Positions 26,140 to 32,000 of a DNA stretch of 32,000 nucleotides are shown here, piece by piece. Below the pieces are notes generated by a model. The model saw only the letters and a list, made by a program, of their open reading frames with translations, was not told where the DNA came from and did no database searches. This stretch comes from Candidatus Jordarchaeales archaeon (GTDB lineage Archaea > Asgardarchaeota > Jordiarchaeia > Jordiarchaeales > Freyrarchaeaceae): the NCBI GenBank assembly GCA_038889235.1, contig JAWAHN010000001.1, forward strand, positions 344,499 through 376,498, given 5' to 3'. A program made the translations under genes and the position numbers. Positions within the stretch are counted from its first letter, which is position 1. Every line of letters starts with the position of its first letter.

Positions 26140-26812
26140 GCCGTACGTGATACTTAACGCCGCCATGAGCCTGGATGGAAAGATAGCCACAGTCTCCGGA
26201 GACTCCGCGTTCTCCGACGAAAAAGACTGGGAGAGAGTGCACAGGTTGAGGAGCGAGGTTGACGCCATAATGGTCGGAGTGAACACGGTGCTTGTAGACG
26301 ATCCTAAGCTGACATCTAAGGTTGGGAAGAGCCCGCTGAGGGTTGTCGTGGACAGTAAGGCGAGGACTCCTCCAACCGCTAGGGTGATCACCTTCATGAA
26401 GGGGGAAGTCCCGACCGTTGTGGCGGTTACAAGTAAGGCTCCGGCTGAAAGAGTTGAGAGGTTGAAGCAGGCAGGGGCTAAAGTTATAGTCTGCGGGAAC
26501 GGAGACAAAGTCGACTTGGAGATGCTTATGGAGAAGCTGTCCGAGATGGGTGTGAGGACTCTAATGCTCGAGGGGGGAGGGAACCTCAACTGGGGGATGC
26601 TCGAAAAAGGGCTCGTCGACGAAATAAGGGTTGCAATAGCCCCAGTGGTGGTTGGCGGAAGCAAGGCGGTGACTCTCGTTGAGGGGGAAGGCTTTGAAAA
26701 AGTGAGCCAAGCCGTGAAGCTGGAGTTCGTTAAAGTTGAAACTGTGGGAAGCTGCTTACTTGTAACGTGCAAGGTTAAGGGTAGGGGGCAAACTTCCGAA
26801 GGGAATGTTTAA
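26129..26812 (+). CDS. arfC: 2,5-diamino-6-(ribosylamino)-4(3H)-pyrimidinone 5'-phosphate reductase (stand-alone RibD C-terminal domain)
   Basis: PYVILNAAMSLDGKIA, RSEVDAIMVGVNTVL.DDP.LT, RVVVDSKARTP, LMLEGGG.LN. Confidence 0.92.
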   Translation: MRNRPYVILNAAMSLDGKIATVSGDSAFSDEKDWERVHRLRSEVDAIMVGVNTVLVDDPKLTSKVGKSPLRVVVDSKARTPPTARVITFMKGEVPTVVAVTSKAPAERVERLKQAGAKVIVCGNGDKVDLEMLMEKLSEMGVRTLMLEGGGNLNWGMLEKGLVDEIRVAIAPVVVGGSKAVTLVEGEGFEKVSQAVKLEFVKVETVGSCLLVTCKVKGRGQTSEGNV

Positions 26813-26943
26813 GCTTTTGTGGGTTCCGCGCTAGGACCGGGGGATTTTCACTTACGGAGGACCCCTTTATAGCAGGGGGTTGAAAGAAGCTTAAAAAACA
26901 TTGTCCATATAGGTTATTAAGTGGCACTCTGGGTGGGGATTGG

Positions 26944-28200
26944 ATGAAGGTTTGCTTGCCTCAGATGCCGTGGTTTGGAGACACCGTTTTAGAGTTGGAG
27001 TTCCCAGACGGGTGGGATGTCCACTTCTGCAGCATGGCTGGCGACGGGAAGCCTCCTTTGAGCAGGGAGCAAGTGTTGTCGGCTTTAAGGAACCCTGTGG
27101 GAACAAAGCCTCTGAGTAAGCTGGCTGAGGGTAGAGAGGAGGCAGTCATAATCTTCGATGACATGACTAGGCCGACTAGGGTCTACGAAATAGCCCCACT
27201 GGTGCTTGAGGAGCTGAGGAGAGGAGGAATTGGGGAAGACCACGTGAGGTTCATCTGTGCTAACGGCGCCCATGGAACCTTTGACAGGGAGGACTTCGCA
27301 AAGAAGCTTGGAGAGGATATAGTTGAAGGGTACCCTGTTTTCAACCACAACCCCTACAGCAACTTGGATTACCTGGGTCACACTAGGTATGGAACCCCCG
27401 TCGAGGTTAACTCTGAGGTGATGAGCTGCGACCTTAAGATTTGCATAGGCTCGATAGTGCCGCACCCGCAGTTCGGCTTCGGCGGAGGGGCTAAGATGAT
27501 CTTGCCGGGGGTGTCAAGCGTGAGGTCGATATCATTCAATCACGGCGACCTGGGTGGGTGGTCTGCTGCTTCAGATTACAGGGATTTGCACCCAAGTTGC
27601 CAGCTGGCCTATGGAAGGGTTAACGATGAGAACATAATGAGGAAGGACGCCGAGGAAGCTGCGAGAATGGTTGGAGTGGACATGGTGGTGAACGTCCTAG
27701 TAGACTTGAAGAGGAATTCTACGAACATATTTGCAGGGGACGTCGTGGAGGCGCAGAGGGAGGGGGTCAAGGAGGCGATGACCCATTATAGGGCACAGCT
27801 CGTCCAGAGCCCGGACATAGTTGTTTCAAACGCCTACTCGAAGGCTAGTGAGGCGACCATAGCGGCATGGCCCGCCGTCCTGCTTAAAGAGGGAGGAACC
27901 CTTGTGATAGTTTGTAACACGCCCACCGGGCAGGTTTCGCACTACGTGCACGGGCGATGGGGGGTTAAGAGGGTTGGAGGAAACCTTTGGCTTCCCCCGA
28001 CGAGGATACTTGACAGGGCCGGGAGGATAATAATCCTGTCGAGGTACCCGGAGAAACAGTACTGGCTCGAGATAGCACCCAAAGAGAAGACTCTCAAAGT
28101 GAAGACATGGGAGGAAGCGCTCGAGGAGCTTAGGAACGCGCATGGGGACAAGCCGAGGGTCGCAGTGTTCCCCGACGCGACGATACAGAAACCCTTCTAA
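26944..28200 (+). CDS. LarA-family nickel-pincer racemase/epimerase
   Basis: IIFDDMTRP, CANGAHG (His), VPHPQFGFGGGAKMILPGV (His, Lys). Confidence 0.87.
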   Translation: MKVCLPQMPWFGDTVLELEFPDGWDVHFCSMAGDGKPPLSREQVLSALRNPVGTKPLSKLAEGREEAVIIFDDMTRPTRVYEIAPLVLEELRRGGIGEDHVRFICANGAHGTFDREDFAKKLGEDIVEGYPVFNHNPYSNLDYLGHTRYGTPVEVNSEVMSCDLKICIGSIVPHPQFGFGGGAKMILPGVSSVRSISFNHGDLGGWSAASDYRDLHPSCQLAYGRVNDENIMRKDAEEAARMVGVDMVVNVLVDLKRNSTNIFAGDVVEAQREGVKEAMTHYRAQLVQSPDIVVSNAYSKASEATIAAWPAVLLKEGGTLVIVCNTPTGQVSHYVHGRWGVKRVGGNLWLPPTRILDRAGRIIILSRYPEKQYWLEIAPKEKTLKVKTWEEALEELRNAHGDKPRVAVFPDATIQKPF

Positions 28201-28216
28201 CGACCCTCTATTTTTC

Positions 28217-29281
28217 CTAGATCGGTTTTACTGGTTTTAGAACTTGGTCGTAATATTTTTCTCCGGGTATGTAGGAAAGGGTGACTTGGTGGAAGCTCTT
28301 CTTAGGCGCTTGGACCTCCTCCAACATTCCTTCAACGACTATGCGGTCTCCCTCCTTCGCCACCATCTTAAACTCCTCGACGTAAGAAACCGCCCGCATT
28401 ATGTCGTCTACCTTAACACCACTTATCACTTTGACGTCTTCGAGGAGGTAAACTGCAGGGGTGAAGTACGAGTCCTCGTCACCCGCCACGGTTGCCTCAA
28501 TTCTAATCCAACCCTTGCTCTTTACCCTAGTTTCAGGATTGTACTCGTTCCTTATTTCGCTCCAATCCTTTACGGGCTCAAACTCTACCTTCACAGTTCG
28601 CCCAAGTTCGGGTGAGTCGTACACGGCGTATATCATCTTCTGCTTCTCGTAAAACAGGTATTCTTGAAGCGAATAGTTTTTGAATCGCCAGTTCTTGTTG
28701 AGGAGGGCTGCGGGTTGTGAGAACTCGTTGCGCAGCGGCCCACCTTCTTCGTATATACACTTTAGCGCTTCAACTAGTTCTAGGAGCTTTTTCCGCCCGT
28801 AGACGATGAGGTCTATGTCGCTGAAGTACGCGTTGTAGAAGTCGTGTAGAAGGGAGCCGAAAACCCCGAAGTCTGTGTACTTTAAGCTCGAAACCTCCAT
28901 TACGGTTTCTACGACGTTTATAGCCGCGTCCACCATTAGGTCTGGTTCCTCGCTGAAAAACAGCTGAAACCTGTGGTCTGGTCTTCTGACCTCGGAAAGC
29001 TGGCCCTCTTTAACCCCCACCACTCTGCGCTGGAGGGGTTCATGGAAGAAAGTGTACTGCGGGTATTTCTCCATGACGAACCTTAGGCCCTCGTCGCCGT
29101 AAAACTTATAGTAGGTTATGGGGAGCCCGTCCCTAATTGCCCTAGGATTCTGGCTTCTGTATATTGTTTCAGGAGCGTACTCGACGTCGCACACGCAGCA
29201 GGTGGGCGGGTGGTCGTAGCCGTAAACTCTGAATATTATTCCTTCCTGGGTGACGGGGGCATCCCTATCTCTGAGCCTCAA
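28217..29281 (-). CDS. Pol-beta superfamily nucleotidyltransferase with C-terminal OB-like domain (COG1665-like), paralog A
   Basis: RDRD..VT.EG.IF.V.GY.HP; GVFGSLL...SDIDLIVYG; TTG 29281 preferred by comparison with paralog B. Confidence 0.82.
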   Translation of the reverse strand: MRLRDRDAPVTQEGIIFRVYGYDHPPTCCVCDVEYAPETIYRSQNPRAIRDGLPITYYKFYGDEGLRFVMEKYPQYTFFHEPLQRRVVGVKEGQLSEVRRPDHRFQLFFSEEPDLMVDAAINVVETVMEVSSLKYTDFGVFGSLLHDFYNAYFSDIDLIVYGRKKLLELVEALKCIYEEGGPLRNEFSQPAALLNKNWRFKNYSLQEYLFYEKQKMIYAVYDSPELGRTVKVEFEPVKDWSEIRNEYNPETRVKSKGWIRIEATVAGDEDSYFTPAVYLLEDVKVISGVKVDDIMRAVSYVEEFKMVAKEGDRIVVEGMLEEVQAPKKSFHQVTLSYIPGEKYYDQVLKPVKPI

Positions 29282-29292
29282 AACCAAACGGC

Positions 29293-30279
29293 TTAACCCT
29301 CCGTTACAGGCCATATGTATTCCTCGTCTCCTACACCGGAGCCGACGACTACGCGGAGCCAGCTGCCTTTGGGCCCCTCGACGCGTTCAAGCATCCCTTT
29401 AACCTTAACGCGCTCACCCTTGCGCGCCACGTCCCTAAACTGTCCTATCATGCTCACAACCTGCTTTACCTCCGGGTTTTCGCACTCCACCCAGTAGACG
29501 GCTGGCCTGAAAACGGCTTCCCAGTCGTCGGTCACCGTGCACTCGACTTCAACCGGATTGATCGCCCGATACGTGTACTCTCCGTACCTCTCCCTGATCT
29601 CCTCCAGTCGTCTCGTGGCGTTCACCACGACGCGCACTCCTTCAAAGATAACCCTGTTCCTCCTGAGCTCATCGAACCGATCGGCCAAGAGGGGCTCAGC
29701 AGCGCCTTCCTCGACTAGAGCTGTTAAAGCCTCTTTTACCCTTCTGAAGTTCTCTGACCCATAGACTGTTATGTCTATGTCGCTTTCCGAGCTGTGCATT
29801 TGGAGGGATATGGACCCGTGTATGCCGAACTCGCTTAATGGAACCCTTGATCTATCTGAAAGGAGGAGTATGACTTTGACGGCGAGTCTCTCGAGTGGGT
29901 CGGGGTTCTTCTTTGAGAGTAAAGATTTTAGGCACTCGCCTGGGACGTAGACCCTTTTTATTCTCTCCCTTGGTACTGTGACCACCTCTTTCCCGTCGTG
30001 TGGAGAGTAGTAGACGTAGTCTTCGGATAGTTTTCTCAGCGCTGAGAGCACGTTCCGGTATATTTTCGGGGAGTATAGCTTGACCGGTCTAACCAGGGTG
30101 ACTCCTTCCAACCGCCATGTGTAAGGCAGCCATGGGACGTCAAAGAGGTGCTTTAATTTTAGGGGTATGTACTTCAAGTAGGCGACCACTCTGTCCTCCG
30201 GATGGGCGTAGCCCATAGTGTAGAAGACTAGGTCTTCAACGGTCACTATTATGTCCCCGTCCCTTGGAGTCCAGTTCAT
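29293..30279 (-). CDS. Pol-beta superfamily nucleotidyltransferase with C-terminal OB-like domain (COG1665-like), paralog B
   Basis: RDGD.IVT.E..VFY..GY.HP; GIHGSIS...SDIDITVYG; the start overlaps the pstK 3' end. Confidence 0.82.
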   Translation of the reverse strand: MNWTPRDGDIIVTVEDLVFYTMGYAHPEDRVVAYLKYIPLKLKHLFDVPWLPYTWRLEGVTLVRPVKLYSPKIYRNVLSALRKLSEDYVYYSPHDGKEVVTVPRERIKRVYVPGECLKSLLSKKNPDPLERLAVKVILLLSDRSRVPLSEFGIHGSISLQMHSSESDIDITVYGSENFRRVKEALTALVEEGAAEPLLADRFDELRRNRVIFEGVRVVVNATRRLEEIRERYGEYTYRAINPVEVECTVTDDWEAVFRPAVYWVECENPEVKQVVSMIGQFRDVARKGERVKVKGMLERVEGPKGSWLRVVVGSGVGDEEYIWPVTEG

Positions 30280-31096
30280 TTAGGACCTCCTCGACGCGTT
30301 CCCTAAACGCCTTCTCCGCTTCAACTGTTGACAGACCCGCTTTTAATGCTTCCCTAACAAAGGACTTGCGCAACCCGCTGAGGACTTTAGCGGCAGCCGG
30401 GGCGCGCTTGACAACTTCGGACACCACTCTCCTCGTTGCCTTGTCGATTTCCTCTGCAGCACTACCCTTCACAGAAATTTTATCTCTCCCTTCCTGTTTC
30501 AGGGAGAGGAGGAGTTTTAGGATCTCCCTAGCACACTCTTCGGCCTTAGTTTTGGAGAGATCTACGCTGACCAGGCTTCTGTCCCACTTATACTTGGATC
30601 CGGGTTTTTCGAACTTCTCGCTTATGGAGGTTATGACTTCCTGTGGGATTGGAAGACCCCTCTCTTCATTCCACTTGAGGGCGACTTCGAGTGGGGTTTC
30701 CACTGCAATTATCGCGTAAGCGGCGCCCGTTTGCCTGGCCAGCTCCACGAGCTTGTGGCGCACTGAAGAGTAATAGTTTGTGTCGTCGCTTATCACGCTC
30801 ACGCCGGTTTTCAGAAGGAGGCGAATTGTTTGAAGCGTTAATTCTCTCACTACAGGCTCCCTTTCTGGAGGGAAGCGCTCCCGGTATATGGGCATCATTC
30901 TTCGAAAGTCGTCGGATCCCACTACCGCAACTGGTATTCCGCTGTGCTCCATAGCTAGGGCAAGGTGTGTGGCGAGGGTGGTCTTGCCGCTGCTCGGGAG
31001 CCCGCAGAGAACTACGAGAAACTTTCTGGGCGACGCGAGCTGTATTCTTATTCCCTCCGCACGATCTCTTGGGAGATTGAACGGTTTAGGAAACAC
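30236..31096 (-). CDS. pstK: O-phosphoseryl-tRNA(Sec) kinase (PSTK)
   Basis: GLPSSGKT, GSDDFR, DDTNYYSSVR, KFEKPGSKYKWD, and C-terminal IDKATRRVVSE...LRKSF as in M. jannaschii PSTK. Confidence 0.9.
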   Translation of the reverse strand: MFPKPFNLPRDRAEGIRIQLASPRKFLVVLCGLPSSGKTTLATHLALAMEHSGIPVAVVGSDDFRRMMPIYRERFPPEREPVVRELTLQTIRLLLKTGVSVISDDTNYYSSVRHKLVELARQTGAAYAIIAVETPLEVALKWNEERGLPIPQEVITSISEKFEKPGSKYKWDRSLVSVDLSKTKAEECAREILKLLLSLKQEGRDKISVKGSAAEEIDKATRRVVSEVVKRAPAAAKVLSGLRKSFVREALKAGLSTVEAEKAFRERVEEVLNELDSKGRGHNSDR

Positions 31097-31143
31097 TTTA
31101 AATTGTTGCTTCGTTTTTAAGTATTGAGGAGAGAGGGGTGGCT

Positions 31144-32000
31144 ATGATTCCCGTGGCTCTCACCATAGCTGGCTCTGACCCCCTCGGTGGAGCCGGCGTC
31201 CAGATGGATCTGAAGACTTTTGCGGCTCTCGGGGTCCACGGGGTGTGTGCTATAACTGCTGTCACCGCTCAGAACACTGTGCACGTTAGGGACATTTACG
31301 TGATTCCACCTGAGATAATAATGGCCCAAGTCGACGTGTTGATGGAGGATGTAGAAGTTAATGCCGCTAAGACGGGCATGTTGAGGGATAAGGAGACAGT
31401 TGAGGTTGTTTGCGCCATAGAGGACGAGTACGGTTTCCCGCTTGTAGTTGACCCCATAATTTGGGCTGGCTCCGGCGAGAGACTGGCTTCACCTTCAGCC
31501 GAGAGAGCGATAATAGACCAGCTTGTCCCAAGGGCGACTGTGGTTACACCCAACATTGCGGAGGCCTCTCTAATAGCGGACATGCAGATTAAGAGTGTTA
31601 GAGACATGGAAGAGGCTGCGAAAGCCATAGCTTCGAGGGGGGTTGAGTGCGTGGTGGTTAAAGGAGGACACTTGGATGAACAGAGCAACGTTGTCGTCGA
31701 CGTCATGTACTCTAAAGGGGATGTGAAGGTTTTCGAGAAGCCTCGTTTTAAGGAGGGGGCAAGCCACGGGAGGGGGTGCTGCTTCTCCGCCGCCATCACA
31801 GCGTTCATCGCGATGGGTGAGCCACCGACCACCGCCGTGGAGAAGGCTGAAAACTACGTTGAAAAAGTTTTCTGCCATCCTGTTGATGTTGGAAGAGGGA
31901 GGAAGCCTGCGAATCCGCTGGTAATAGTTCATCACGAGGCTGAGAGGTGGCGTGTTATTAACGACATCGATAAGGCTTTAGAGTTGCTTGAAGCGGAGAA
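31144..32000 (+). CDS. thiD: Hydroxymethylpyrimidine/phosphomethylpyrimidine kinase, probably a ThiD-ThiN fusion (3' end outside window)
   Basis: Hand translation: [59 protein letters not shown]. The frame continues past the ThiD domain to the window edge. Confidence 0.92.
   Translation, partial: MIPVALTIAGSDPLGGAGVQMDLKTFAALGVHGVCAITAVTAQNTVHVRDIYVIPPEIIMAQVDVLMEDVEVNAAKTGMLRDKETVEVVCAIEDEYGFPLVVDPIIWAGSGERLASPSAERAIIDQLVPRATVVTPNIAEASLIADMQIKSVRDMEEAAKAIASRGVECVVVKGGHLDEQSNVVVDVMYSKGDVKVFEKPRFKEGASHGRGCCFSAAITAFIAMGEPPTTAVEKAENYVEKVFCHPVDVGRGRKPANPLVIVHHEAERWRVINDIDKALELLEAE

Overview
Archaeal chromosomal window, most consistent with an Asgard archaeon. This is an inference from a ribophorin I homolog, a roadblock/winged-helix fusion, a V4R pair, and archaeal-type SelB, SepSecS and PSTK. 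No mobile element, CRISPR array or rRNA is visible. Left to right: a giant secreted Thr/Asn-rich repeat protein that the ORF track missed (minus strand, 2929 to <1); two V4R genes; two orphans; selB-spcS; PMM/PGM; a roadblock-wHTH gene next to three mutually similar coiled-coil genes; PUA and HTH proteins; signal peptidase; tRNA-Gln(UUG) with two non-canonical introns; ribophorin I; Nudix; PDCD5-like; PhoU-like; SepF; 3-hydroxyacyl-CoA dehydrogenase; two LarA-family proteins flanking a six-gene riboflavin operon; two paralogous nucleotidyltransferases behind pstK; and a partial thiD. Best leads: (i) the roadblock-WH plus three paralogous coiled-coil genes, (ii) four unexplained GC-rich structured elements, (iii) the doubly interrupted tRNA, (iv) an amidohydrolase filling a gap in the riboflavin pathway, (v) the pstK-linked NTase pair, (vi) codon mosaicism and strand skew in the surface protein. 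All calls come from manual motif recognition and hand folding; no searches or folding programs were run.
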